This document shows positions 20,979 to 30,226 of a stretch of DNA of 64,000 bases, piece after piece. The stretch covers positions 38,329 through 102,328 of the IMG/VR virus record IMGVR_UViG_3300042291_000228; one strand, 5' to 3'. This DNA comes from a virus. Numbering within the stretch: position 1 is the stretch's first letter; every line of letters begins with the position of its first letter. Under the pieces are notes generated by a model that worked only from the letters and a program-made list of their open reading frames with translations, was not told the DNA's origin and ran no database searches. Both the position numbers and the translations under genes were made by a program.

Positions 20979-21986
20979 TCATACGGACAAAGTTTTAATT
21001 TCATTCGAATACCTTGCATTCAGTGGCTCGGCATAGGCCTGTGCTTGATCGGCAATCTTTTTAAGATCATATAGATTGCAAAATTTCATTAATCTAATAC
21101 CAACTTGACTAATATTCTTATTTGCACTTGTTGCTGTAGCAATAGTTTCTGTAATGATGTTTTTAATTTCTTCGGGCTGTGCAGAAAGATCAATTAAAAT
21201 ACGATTACGTTCGTAATCATCTAGCACACGATGTTCTTTACCTTCGTGGTCGGACCAGCGCTGAAGCATGAGATTGTTCCACGCATAGCCTTTTAAATCT
21301 CTGTCACCGTAAGCCTCACGGAGACCAACCTTATTTTTTGTGCCTTTTTCCCGTACTCCCGGATATGCAGAGAATACATTGTCTGAGGTATCGCCTCGCA
21401 TACACTTCTCAAAGAGTAACCACTGGGGGTCCGGAATGGCTTTTGGTTCTTGAGTCTTTTTATCAATAACTCTCTTACCTTTTGCATCAAAAATACCTTC
21501 ATGTGTAATAGTAGTTTCCATAACGCCGTTAAATTGGCGTACATTAGGTGCAATCAATTGTACAAAGTCTGTATCGGTTGAAATGATAACATGGTCATCG
21601 TTTGGATGTGTCTGTATCCATCCAGCAATTAAATCATCTGCTTCTAGGCGTGAATGTTGTAGTACTGTGCAGTTTGTCTTTTCTGTTACAAACTCTTTGA
21701 ATGTATCAAATGCTTCCCAAAACACTTTCTCTTCTTCTGCTTCACGTTCTGTATGTGCGGCACGACTAGCGGCTCTTTGTGCCTTGTAAGGCTTATAATG
21801 ATCTTTACGCCAGCTACGTCCCTCGAGGCAGAACACCACATGACTTCCACCAAAGTCTTGCCACGCTTTTTTAATACTGTTTAAAGTAATATGAAAGGCC
21901 ATACCTAGTTTGATATCAGCGTCACCGTTGATAACGTGCCTAGCACGAAAGAAAGTGTTTGCAGTATCAACTAAAATATATGTCAT
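20979..21986 (-). CDS. rnh: 5'-3' exonuclease / T4 RNase H-like flap nuclease
   Basis: ILVD, WRKD.Y.PYKAQR, EADDLIA, STDTDFVQL, GDTSDN..PGV. Confidence 0.9.
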   Translation of the reverse strand: MTYILVDTANTFFRARHVINGDADIKLGMAFHITLNSIKKAWQDFGGSHVVFCLEGRSWRKDHYKPYKAQRAASRAAHTEREAEEEKVFWEAFDTFKEFVTEKTNCTVLQHSRLEADDLIAGWIQTHPNDDHVIISTDTDFVQLIAPNVRQFNGVMETTITHEGIFDAKGKRVIDKKTQEPKAIPDPQWLLFEKCMRGDTSDNVFSAYPGVREKGTKNKVGLREAYGDRDLKGYAWNNLMLQRWSDHEGKEHRVLDDYERNRILIDLSAQPEEIKNIITETIATATSANKNISQVGIRLMKFCNLYDLKKIADQAQAYAEPLNARYSNEIKTLSV

Positions 21987-22450
21987 AGATTCTTTTTTCT
22001 AATTTGATTAATGTCAACAACGCCAGTGTTTACAGCGCCACCAAAATCACCGTCAACTACCACATTAGCACATAGTTCACGGAACCAACGATCTACAATT
22101 TCTTCGTCTTTGTCTCCGTCAAAACCATATCCCTCTTGCTTTAATTTTAACACAAAATGCTCGTTCCAGTCAAGCTCAAAAAAGCCATTACGTATGTTAT
22201 CTTTATTAATATGTGTATTGAGAACACCTACCCAGGGTTCTTTTAATTTGGTTGCACGATCTTTTGGTGCTAATTTTATTAATGCTTCTTGTTCTAGAGC
22301 AACGGTTGTCTTTTGTTCTACGATTGCAATCTCATCAGTTTTTTGATCAGCTAGTTTTGTAGCTTCTTCAATGGCTGTTTTAGTATCGATAAGTTGTTGC
22401 TCTAATTTATCGATACCCATTATTTTTTTAAAGAATTTTGTTAGCATCAT
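21983..22450 (-). CDS. Hypothetical protein
   Basis: ATGA coupling to the queE stop; GFFELDWN motif. Confidence 0.65.
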   Translation of the reverse strand: MMLTKFFKKIMGIDKLEQQLIDTKTAIEEATKLADQKTDEIAIVEQKTTVALEQEALIKLAPKDRATKLKEPWVGVLNTHINKDNIRNGFFELDWNEHFVLKLKQEGYGFDGDKDEEIVDRWFRELCANVVVDGDFGGAVNTGVVDINQIRKKNL

Positions 22451-23301
22451 GTACCCCACTCATTTTTAAATAGTGGCACTTGTAGTCTATCGCTATAACG
22501 CCAGCCACGTTTCATAGCTGCCAATGCTACATTCTTTGCGTTAAGTGTATAAACACTTTCTACACCACCTACTGGCATTAGATATATATGACCGGTAAAC
22601 CCAGCATGTCGAAATGCACCTGCCGCACACTCTGCATCTTTAATATCTTCTTCCGTTGCCACTACAAATTTCAAATATGCTGTACCAACTTGTTCGTACT
22701 CGCATACAATCTCTGGACAGATAGCTTCTTCCCACTTCTCACCACTTGCTGGCAGTTTAGCACTTACACTAAATGTAACTTCTCTGCCTACTACGCTATT
22801 CCATTTAGCCAAGTATGCTTTAAATTCTGGTGTAAGCTTCTGAGTACCGTTTGTTTCGAAGGTAATCTCTTTCAAGTCACGCATCTTAGTATTGTTTAAC
22901 AAGTCTGGGTAAGCACGTTGCCAGCCTAGCAACGGCTCTCCGCCTGTGATGACCAAGTGTTCATCGACCCAGTAATCCTGTGGAAGAATTTCCATAATGC
23001 GATCTGTGATAGCTTCGCTTGTAAGCATCGGCGACAAATCTTTAAAGTCTGGATGCCAACTAGCATAACTGTCACAGCCTGTGCTAACTAGGGGTAAGTC
23101 TTCATACTTCTGAAAAGACTCTATTATTGTATGTGTAGCCGCAATGTCAGTTGCTTCGTGACTAACTTCTCCACGCGGCATACCAAAGCCAGCACATTTG
23201 AAATTACAACCAAATGTGCGCAGAAACACACTCGGTACACCCATATATCTACCCTCTCCTTGTATAGAGTAGAAAAGTTCCGCTATCTTAATCTTTGACA
23301 T
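22447..23301 (-). CDS. queE: 7-carboxy-7-deazaguanine synthase QueE (radical SAM)
   Basis: ELFYSIQGEG..GVPSVFLRTFGCNFKC...GCDS, VITGGEPLL, ETNGT, SAK, LKFVV, LMP, RLQV. Confidence 0.9.
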   Translation of the reverse strand: MSKIKIAELFYSIQGEGRYMGVPSVFLRTFGCNFKCAGFGMPRGEVSHEATDIAATHTIIESFQKYEDLPLVSTGCDSYASWHPDFKDLSPMLTSEAITDRIMEILPQDYWVDEHLVITGGEPLLGWQRAYPDLLNNTKMRDLKEITFETNGTQKLTPEFKAYLAKWNSVVGREVTFSVSAKLPASGEKWEEAICPEIVCEYEQVGTAYLKFVVATEEDIKDAECAAGAFRHAGFTGHIYLMPVGGVESVYTLNAKNVALAAMKRGWRYSDRLQVPLFKNEWGT

Positions 23302-24493
23302 CTGTATCCTTTATTATTTCTAAGTTTAACATATTATTCGATAAATGTAAATTCTTTTGGAGAGTTTTACAATTATCCCCGTGCCATCTATTATAGTTGG
23401 CTGTATTTGATAAAACTTTACCACAGTGTTTACAAGTTTTTTTTGGTTTGTCTAACATTCTTTGTCTTCGCATTTCTAACATTTCAGGAGATAATGTTTT
23501 ACCTAATCTGCGTTCACTCATTGCTTTGCGTTCTTCTTCAGATTTTTTCTTTCCAAAATTAGGATTGTTTTCTCCTCTTGTCCACCACCTATCTACTTTC
23601 TTGTTACTTTCAGAAATCTTCCTTCTGTGTTCTTCGGATTTTGGGCGTTTTCCTACTTCTCTGGATGCTTCACGCTGTCTGTCTTTACCTTCCGGAGTAT
23701 ATACTTTGTTTTTAGCCGATGCTCTCATATGTTCAATCTGCTCCGGCGTGTAAATTTCTTTCCAACTTTTGCCTTTTCGAGCAGATGCCGCTTCTCTCAT
23801 TTTTTCTGTATGGGCAGGATCTCGTTTTACACCTTTTGTTCTACCACTAGTATTTTTGCGTTGTTTTATCCCTTCAGGTGAATTAAAAAATGCTTGACGT
23901 TTAGCTATCATCATTTCTTTGTATTCTGGATCAGCCCAACGTTTAATGATCGCGGCACGTTGTCTTTCTTTTCCTTCAGGAGTTACTTTAGACGGTTTAC
24001 CCCAATTAGGATTTTCTGGGCCGCGTTTAAACTCTTTTAACTTACTTTTCTCGCCAATCTTCTTTTTAGATTCTTCTGAGTGTTTTCGTCCTACCCAAGT
24101 GCCGCCTTCTTTGGCATACTTCTCTTTTAACATTTGAGAATAGTGTTTTCTAAATGTTTCATACATCCTACTGGAAATTGTATAGGTATGATTTACGCCG
24201 CGTTCCTTAGTAGTCATTTTGTTAATGAATGTATTAAACGCAAATGCCATTTTGCTACCGTATATACCTTCAAACTTCATTTTCCATAACAATGCGTGAG
24301 CAATGTAATGTTCGCGGGCAGTTAGTTGGACTACGTTTGATTTGATATTATCGCCGCCGAAACTACGAGGAATAATATGATGTGTTTCTTTATACCCTTG
24401 TATAGAACCTCGTAGTTGTGCTTTGTGTATGAGGGATTCATACCACTTACTATATTTGCTTTCTACAAATTTTACGGGCCAGTTTATCATCAA
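23288..24493 (-). mobile_element. Free-standing HNH homing endonuclease with NUMOD3-like DNA-binding repeats
   Basis: ETHHIIPRSFGGDN...LTAREHYIAHALL; basic repeats HSEESKKKIG, KSEEHRRKIS, KSEEERKAMS; C-terminal CKHCG...WHGDNC. Confidence 0.9.
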
Positions 24494-24533
24494 TGTTAAG
24501 CAGAATTAGAACAGCATACCTATATAGTGTTCT

Positions 24534-24560
24534 TCACTCTGTAATTTTAATCTTACTCAT
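24534..24560 (-). pseudogene. Orphaned 5' end of queE (MSKIKITE*)
   Basis: ATG AGT AAG ATT AAA ATT ACA GAG TGA overlapping the MazG-like stop; 7/8 aa identical to the QueE N-terminus MSKIKIAE. Confidence 0.8.
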
Positions 24561-24844
24561 AAGTTAATTTCACTTTCAAATATGTTTGACCATTTTTTTA
24601 ATTTAGCAATTTTGTTATCTGCTGATACAAGCACTTCTTTTTTGTCTACTAGATTGTACACAATACAAAGATCAATCATGGCCTGTAAATCTCCTAACTC
24701 TTCTGCTAGATGTTGTCTATTAGTAAGTGGCTTACCAGGTTTGACATTATCTAAACCGAATCGACTAATCTTGCTGATAGCAACAATTACTTCTGCACAT
24801 TCCTCTTGAGTAATGTCTAGAATTTCTTTTTCTTTATTATTCAT
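24557..24844 (-). CDS. MazG-like NTP pyrophosphohydrolase
   Basis: QEECAEVIVAISK...LAEELGDL (EExxE...EExxD). Confidence 0.75.
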   Translation of the reverse strand: MNNKEKEILDITQEECAEVIVAISKISRFGLDNVKPGKPLTNRQHLAEELGDLQAMIDLCIVYNLVDKKEVLVSADNKIAKLKKWSNIFESEINL

Positions 24845-24850
24845 ATTACT

Positions 24851-24879
24851 ATTATACATTCTTTTTTGATAAAGACCAA
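24851..24879 (-). promoter_or_regulatory. sigma70-like promoter TTGGTC-17-TATAAT, possibly giving a leaderless mRNA
   Basis: -10 box lies 6 nt before the ATG at 24844. Confidence 0.45.
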
Positions 24880-25016
24880 GAGCCGTCTTGATTATCTTTC
24901 CAAACTAACTCATCGCCTTCTTTCCAACCTGTTTCTTCGAGCATATCTTCAGGGAAGGGTAATATCAAGTCACCTGTTTCAGGATCGTCTTGTAGTTCAA
25001 TTGTCCAATTTTTCAA
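24852..25016 (-). CDS. Small AbrB/MazE/SpoVT-like DNA-binding protein
   Basis: TTG start after GGAG; GDLILPFPEDMLEETGWKEGDELVW swapped-hairpin pattern. Confidence 0.6.
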   Translation of the reverse strand: MKNWTIELQDDPETGDLILPFPEDMLEETGWKEGDELVWKDNQDGSWSLSKKNV

Positions 25017-25518
25017 TGTTAACTCCTGATTTTTTAAGGAACTCAATTCCTGAATCATCTCTATAGTTTTCACTATAGTAGACACCATTTATGCCAGTCT
25101 GATATATAAGTTTGGCGCATTCAATACAAGGGGCATGAGTAATGAAAATATCAGCACCATTGCCGCTGTCATTCGACTTTGCTAATTTTGCAATAGCATT
25201 TGATTCAGCATGAAGTACCTCTGGCTTGGTTTTTAAAGCATATCTCCTAGCATATCCTATATCGGGATCAAAGTCTTCCTCTTCAAAAGGCCAACGTTCG
25301 TAGATCTCATCGGGGTCTAGCCAGCCGCCTGCATCTCGGCTCATATAATCTCGGTATTCACAATCGTTATCCCAACCTGCCGGCATACCATTATAGCCAA
25401 TAGAGATAATACGATCATCTTTAACTACAATAGCACCTACGTGAAGTCTACGTGCTGAACTGAGTTCCGCGAATATCTTTGCGGTCTTCATATACGTTTG
25501 TTTGAACTTTTCCTTCAT
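24997..25518 (-). CDS. dCMP deaminase
   Basis: VGAIVV..IGYNG, HAESNAI, THAPCIECAK. Confidence 0.92.
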   Translation of the reverse strand: MKEKFKQTYMKTAKIFAELSSARRLHVGAIVVKDDRIISIGYNGMPAGWDNDCEYRDYMSRDAGGWLDPDEIYERWPFEEEDFDPDIGYARRYALKTKPEVLHAESNAIAKLAKSNDSGNGADIFITHAPCIECAKLIYQTGINGVYYSENYRDDSGIEFLKKSGVNIEKLDN

Positions 25519-25699
25519 TTTCTTTTTTCCATTGTTGGTGTTTGAGTTCTCGACATTGTTTTTTTACTTCTAGAGGAATATCAGGATGCCATTCAGCCAT
25601 ACCGCAATCGTATACTCTATACTCGGGCATTGGTGTTAGACTGAGCACTAATACCCACATTAAAAATCCTATTGCAAATCCCACTAGATATTTTATCAT
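25448..25699 (-). CDS. Hypothetical protein with N-terminal TM segment
   Basis: Hydrophobic N-terminus; YDC...HPD...CR. Confidence 0.55.
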   Translation of the reverse strand: MIKYLVGFAIGFLMWVLVLSLTPMPEYRVYDCGMAEWHPDIPLEVKKQCRELKHQQWKKENEGKVQTNVYEDRKDIRGTQFST

Positions 25700-25890
25700 A
25701 GTCTATCACTGAGTAGTATTGCACACATGAGTTTATCTTCTGCTGATTTAAAAAAGAATTTCATATAGTCTACAGAAACTTCTGTGGTGTATCTATGCCC
25801 CGGCAATCCAAAATGTTCTATTATCAAGGCACAACTTTCATTCCACCATTTGTTTTCCTGTGAGTTCCAGGTCAAATTAACGACGTTCAT
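25696..25890 (-). CDS. Hypothetical protein
   Basis: 64 aa, coupled to neighbours. Confidence 0.55.
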   Translation of the reverse strand: MNVVNLTWNSQENKWWNESCALIIEHFGLPGHRYTTEVSVDYMKFFFKSAEDKLMCAILLSDRL

Positions 25891-26068
25891 CGATTAATAC
25901 TTTTCTAAATCTATGAATAAAACTTTCTTTTAAGCACGAGTATTCGAGATAGTCTTTAAGACGCATATAGTGTACCCAAATTTGATCCCCCAAATTAACT
26001 ACATCAATTACTCGAAAATATTCTCGAGCACCCGCTTCCCATATTTCGCCAGTACTAATTTCTTGCAT
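25877..26068 (-). CDS. Hypothetical protein
   Basis: Small ORF, coupled to neighbours. Confidence 0.5.
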   Translation of the reverse strand: MQEISTGEIWEAGAREYFRVIDVVNLGDQIWVHYMRLKDYLEYSCLKESFIHRFRKVLIDERR

Positions 26069-26528
26069 TTTTAGCCCTTTCAGATAGATATGTTTCATTA
26101 TGAATCCACCTGTTATTTACTAAAAATCCCCATTCACGTTTCTGAGGACCGGGCATAAACAATGTCCATGCAGTTACGCTAGGATCAAGCTCAATACGAT
26201 GATAGCTGTTAGCCCTACATATACGAAAATGGCCGGGTCCTCGCCATTTACATATCTCATTAAATTTACAACCCTGTTTGTCAAATTGAGGAGTCCATTC
26301 ATAATATCCACCTTTAAGAATTAGTGTTGCATAGGGCCAAGGATGATCGTGTACGTCATCCGGATCTGATTTAAGAAATTTATGAATAAAAACATTAAAC
26401 GGAAACCAATCTCTATCTTTTAGAAAAACGTAATACCTTTCAAGATATGGTTGATCGTTTACACGATCCATTATAATTCTTTTACGTTCTAATCTTTCTA
26501 AAAAATCAAGAAACCATTTCATTTGCAT
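26055..26528 (-). CDS. Cupin-like (HDHPW) protein
   Basis: HKFLKSDPDDVHDHPW..LILKGGYYE...HRIEL...WTLFM.GP..REWGF. Confidence 0.6.
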   Translation of the reverse strand: MQMKWFLDFLERLERKRIIMDRVNDQPYLERYYVFLKDRDWFPFNVFIHKFLKSDPDDVHDHPWPYATLILKGGYYEWTPQFDKQGCKFNEICKWRGPGHFRICRANSYHRIELDPSVTAWTLFMPGPQKREWGFLVNNRWIHNETYLSERAKNARN

Positions 26529-26734
26529 GTTCCTAAGAAATCATCTAATCTTTTTGCAGCCTCGTCGAAGTCTACAGCCCAAACTTTTGCTTCAATTTGG
26601 TTATCAATAATACTCATATCAAAAGGAACAACGCCATTAAACCTAAAGTTATCTGGGACCTCAGTAGTAACAGTAAACTCGTGCAGGTTCTTTGCCCTAA
26701 AAATAAGATTATTTGCCATATCTACTGAGTTCAT
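26519..26734 (-). CDS. Hypothetical protein
   Basis: 71 aa, AGGA RBS. Confidence 0.6.
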   Translation of the reverse strand: MNSVDMANNLIFRAKNLHEFTVTTEVPDNFRFNGVVPFDMSIIDNQIEAKVWAVDFDEAAKRLDDFLGTCK

Positions 26735-26750
26735 AGTAATCCTTTAGTTA

Positions 26751-26972
26751 TTACACAAAATCGTATGTTCGTTCAAAAATAGGACCGTCGCAGATATAAA
26801 GTTCACCGTCGATGCCCTTCATAAGATAGTCGCCGGGATTACCTTGTTTGTAATTACCTTCTAGAGTATTGACTCGAAATTCCTCATCAATCTTTTTAGC
26901 ATGTACTACAATGGGTCGCTTTACACAAGCACCCATGTCTTCTACTTGTTCAAATGTATCAAATGTTTTCAT
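26751..26972 (-). CDS. PGDYG-like small protein
   Basis: TLEG...PGDYL..GIDGELY....IFERTY. Confidence 0.65.
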   Translation of the reverse strand: MKTFDTFEQVEDMGACVKRPIVVHAKKIDEEFRVNTLEGNYKQGNPGDYLMKGIDGELYICDGPIFERTYDFV

Positions 26973-27085
26973 ACTAGTTCCTTAATAAAGTATTTTGATG
27001 CAGGATATTTTGCCTGCAACCACTCTAATAGGCCCTCTTCAACTGGCAAGCGAACGCTATCAAATTTGTTGGTAATATATTTCAT
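26969..27085 (-). CDS. Small hypothetical protein (38 aa, below the ORF-track cutoff)
   Basis: AGGAG RBS; MKYITNKFDSVRLPVEEGLLEWLQAKYPASKYFIKELV*; ATGA coupling to the next gene. Confidence 0.6.
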   Translation of the reverse strand: MKYITNKFDSVRLPVEEGLLEWLQAKYPASKYFIKELV

Positions 27086-27095
27086 TCTTTAACTC

Positions 27096-27656
27096 CTAGT
27101 GTATTTCTATATTGCCGGCCAATACAATTCGCTCGTCTTGGGACATGCACTCGGGCACCCCGTGATCTATCCACCCTGGGAATATGATCAGCATACCTTC
27201 TGTAGGAGTAATATTGTGATCAATTGATTTAAACTGCAAAGGGGTAGGTGGCTCATCCATCTTTAAATAATAACAAAAACTAAATGCCGAAGCAAAGTGA
27301 TTATGCGGGTTAGCATAATCACCGGTGTGATAGATAGCACCCCATAACGAACTAATTGAATACGAATAGGGTGGCTGGCGACTGTAATCAATAGGTTTAA
27401 GTAACTGAGTGATACTGTCCACTACGCCAACCCGCAGAAGATCAAAGAATTGGTTGTAGGGCGCCGCTTGATGATCAATAGGCAAGAGCCATTCGGTCAT
27501 GTCTGCTTTAATATTAGTTTTCCTGCCCTGCTTATCGCCCTGGATTCGTATTAGATCAATCAGAGCAGCGTTAACTGTGTCAGCGTTTTCTAATGTGTAC
27601 GTGTTGATTAGACGTGTGGTGTCAAACATCAGCTTATCGTTCATTCTTCGCTCCAT
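27096..27656 (-). CDS. 2OG-Fe(II) oxygenase (TIGR02466-like)
   Basis: PHNH..FSFCYYL...IFPGWIDHGV...RIVLAGN. Confidence 0.75.
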   Translation of the reverse strand: MERRMNDKLMFDTTRLINTYTLENADTVNAALIDLIRIQGDKQGRKTNIKADMTEWLLPIDHQAAPYNQFFDLLRVGVVDSITQLLKPIDYSRQPPYSYSISSLWGAIYHTGDYANPHNHFASAFSFCYYLKMDEPPTPLQFKSIDHNITPTEGMLIIFPGWIDHGVPECMSQDERIVLAGNIEIH

Positions 27657-27657
27657 T

Positions 27658-28401
27658 TTATCGCTTGTTAGATTCTTGAAGACTCAGTGTATCAAAAAAC
27701 TCTTTCTTAGTGCCAGCATCGTTGGTGAACGCACCTTTAAGTACTGTAGTAGTTGTTGAACTATCGTGGGCCATTATTCCCCTGTTCTCACAGCACCCGT
27801 GAGTCATTCTTAAATAAACACCTACGTTTTCTGAATCTGTTGCTTTTGAAATTTCACGAGCAATGTCGTTGCACAATTCTTCCTGTAGCGTACCACGACG
27901 AGAACACCACTGAGCAATACGAGTGTACTTGCTAAGGCCAATGAGCTTTTGAGCGGCAATAATCCCGATATAAGCAACGCCACTGACAGGTTGGTGATGA
28001 TGACTGCACATACTGCGAAGCTCACTACGTACCACAAGCATTCCTTCGTATCGGTCCTGCGAATCGTTCGGGAATGCTGTAGCGTCTGGTGCTGGTTCAT
28101 ATCTTCCTTCCATTATTTCGTTAAAATACATTTTAGCAAGGCGTCGTGCTGTACCCTTGCTGTTAGGATCGTTTTCGCGATCAATAAGTAATCGATCAAG
28201 TACTAGTTCAAATGCTTCTGCGGCTTCGTCGATGAGTTGCTCTTTGTTATGATCGTTAACATATTCACTAATGTTATCGCCTGCCCAGAAGCGTTTGTTG
28301 TCGCGTCTCATCTTTGCGCGAAGGTAGTTTCCTAGATACTTTTCTTCCTGGTATCCGCCATCGCCTGCCATTGCGTCCAGGCCTGTTTCTTTATTTGTCA
28401 A
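27658..28401 (-). CDS. folE: GTP cyclohydrolase I
   Basis: SMCSHHHQP, IGLSKYTRI, LQEEL, HGCCENRG. Confidence 0.95.
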   Translation of the reverse strand: MTNKETGLDAMAGDGGYQEEKYLGNYLRAKMRRDNKRFWAGDNISEYVNDHNKEQLIDEAAEAFELVLDRLLIDRENDPNSKGTARRLAKMYFNEIMEGRYEPAPDATAFPNDSQDRYEGMLVVRSELRSMCSHHHQPVSGVAYIGIIAAQKLIGLSKYTRIAQWCSRRGTLQEELCNDIAREISKATDSENVGVYLRMTHGCCENRGIMAHDSSTTTTVLKGAFTNDAGTKKEFFDTLSLQESNKR

Positions 28402-28441
28402 TTTATATTCTCCGAGTTAATGACGTGGATGTCTTTGTACT

Positions 28442-28470
28442 ATAATATAGGTTTATTTAGGTTTTGTCAA
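28442..28470 (-). promoter_or_regulatory. sigma70-like promoter TTGACA-17-TATTAT upstream of folE, with TAAATA in the spacer
   Basis: Read directly on the - strand. Confidence 0.7.
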
Positions 28471-28488
28471 GTAGTTTAAGAAAATATT

Positions 28489-29109
28489 TCATTTTATTGA
28501 CAATGATGCTTCTCGAAAGCCAAGATTTCCTTTAACGAACACGTTAAATGCAATAGAAATTCTATCATCCTTGGAATTGTTTATTTCCACTGAATGCATT
28601 AGATTTGAAGGAAATATAATTATTTGATTTTCGATTGGAGCAATAGACCATGTATCACAATTAAAAATATTCCATTCTGCAAATCCTAATTGTAATGTAG
28701 GAGAAGAAATATTTAAATATTTTTGATATTTATGAAATGTAATCCGCCCGGTATCTTCTGCTGCCTTTATATATAACACTCCTGAAAACAACGAATTGCT
28801 ATGAGTATGTTCTTTTGCAAACCCCTCCGGCAAAAATTTAACAGCCCACGAAGTTGTTATATAAAATTCTACTTCGGGTTTAAATTTTAAAAGATTATAA
28901 GCATAATCATCAAATGCGTTGAGAATTTTATTTCTAATTTCTAAACACCTAGGGTCATCTAATAATGTAACACTTTCAGTAATAAACCCGTTGTTATCAG
29001 ACATCGGGTAAAACTCTAAATCTAAAATGTAGTTAACACTTTTAGATGATAGTGGGGCTATATCAGATGTGTAAAGAGGAACACCAAATAAAGAGGAAGC
29101 TGAAGGCAT
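28489..29109 (-). CDS. 2OG-Fe(II) oxygenase (TIGR02466-like)
   Basis: LFGVPLY..., HTHSNSLFSGVLYI, IFPSNLMHSV, RISIAFN. Confidence 0.8.
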   Translation of the reverse strand: MPSASSLFGVPLYTSDIAPLSSKSVNYILDLEFYPMSDNNGFITESVTLLDDPRCLEIRNKILNAFDDYAYNLLKFKPEVEFYITTSWAVKFLPEGFAKEHTHSNSLFSGVLYIKAAEDTGRITFHKYQKYLNISSPTLQLGFAEWNIFNCDTWSIAPIENQIIIFPSNLMHSVEINNSKDDRISIAFNVFVKGNLGFREASLSIK

Positions 29110-29125
29110 AGGTTATACTCTATAG

Positions 29126-30226
29126 TTATGTTAACATCTTTAATAGTTTATTACAACTAAAGAATTGTTTTGTTAATGTATCTACTTGTTTATTTAGGCT
29201 AGGTAAGAATTTTTCATAATTATTCATATACTGAATAATCTTAGCACACACTTCTGGCCTATGTGCCTCGTATGCACCATAGCTTTCAGTCCATTCGCTA
29301 GGATACTTAAATGCATCAAAAGCCATTTCACTGTAACTTAGTCTATCTGGCACCATAGGAATAGCATTGACAATAGCACCTTCATACCAACTGATGCCTA
29401 GAGTTTCTTGTAAGTTAGCACTGAACACTAGTTTAGCTTCACCTAACAAATTATGATATTCATTTTTAGTTAGTTGCTGATCTTGACAAACAACAAATTC
29501 ATATTGCGGCAAGTGTTCTTTTAAGTCACGGAAGATTTCTACCTGCTTCTCAGGAGCAACACGATGAGGAAACAAGATAAGATCACGCTTGGGCATGTTT
29601 TTGTACATTGCCAGGGTGTCCTGCATATATTCCATGGGCCATCCTGTGCGAACAAACTTAGGATACTCTCCGCTTAGGATTTCTTCAAGTTCCTCCTCGT
29701 ACCAAGGATTTTCTACACTATGTCCATTATTTAATAGTTCCCTATGAAACATTTCTATATGAAAGTCAGTGGCAAAGTAATTGTGATCAAAGGCAGAAAA
29801 GAATGATTTTTCTGCATTACGCACCCACGGCTTATTGCCAACGAGACGTCCGAGAAAGTCTTGAGGATCATAACTACCAGCATGCCATAGGCCGTGTGTG
29901 ATTACTGGAATGCCCAGTAGCTCACTCATATACTTTAAGTTTATAATGCCTGGATGCCAAGCGTCAGTAAAAATAAAGTGGTCGCCGGGACAAACGGATC
30001 CGCTGCAAAATAACCGACCCATCTGTTCAACCTGACTAGCCTTGTAGATATTAGTGCCGCCAAAATTAAGAAAGGCGCCAGGAGTAGTGGCACTAGGAAT
30101 GTCCGTAGGACCAGAGATAACTTGAACATTGTGTCCTGCTTTTTGTAAGAGAGTAGGTACATGAGTCTTCCATTGACCTGTGTACCTTGTCTCAACTGAC
30201 TCTAAATCAACGAGAAAAATTGTCAT
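29126..30226 (-). CDS. GT-B (GT4-like) glycosyltransferase resembling QTMAN/GTDC1 (DUF3524-type)
   Basis: Start MTIFLVD at 30226; ILFPHRVAPEK; SANLQETLGISWYEG (Ex7E); PMVPDRLSYSEM. Confidence 0.75.
   Translation of the reverse strand: MTIFLVDLESVETRYTGQWKTHVPTLLQKAGHNVQVISGPTDIPSATTPGAFLNFGGTNIYKASQVEQMGRLFCSGSVCPGDHFIFTDAWHPGIINLKYMSELLGIPVITHGLWHAGSYDPQDFLGRLVGNKPWVRNAEKSFFSAFDHNYFATDFHIEMFHRELLNNGHSVENPWYEEELEEILSGEYPKFVRTGWPMEYMQDTLAMYKNMPKRDLILFPHRVAPEKQVEIFRDLKEHLPQYEFVVCQDQQLTKNEYHNLLGEAKLVFSANLQETLGISWYEGAIVNAIPMVPDRLSYSEMAFDAFKYPSEWTESYGAYEAHRPEVCAKIIQYMNNYEKFLPSLNKQVDTLTKQFFSCNKLLKMLT

Noticed and set aside
23288-24560. Group I intron interrupting queE
   Set aside because: Only about 40 nt of non-coding sequence upstream of the HNH ORF, and the ORF overlaps a complete queE start, so there is no room for a ribozyme core. 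A duplicated 5' end explains it better.
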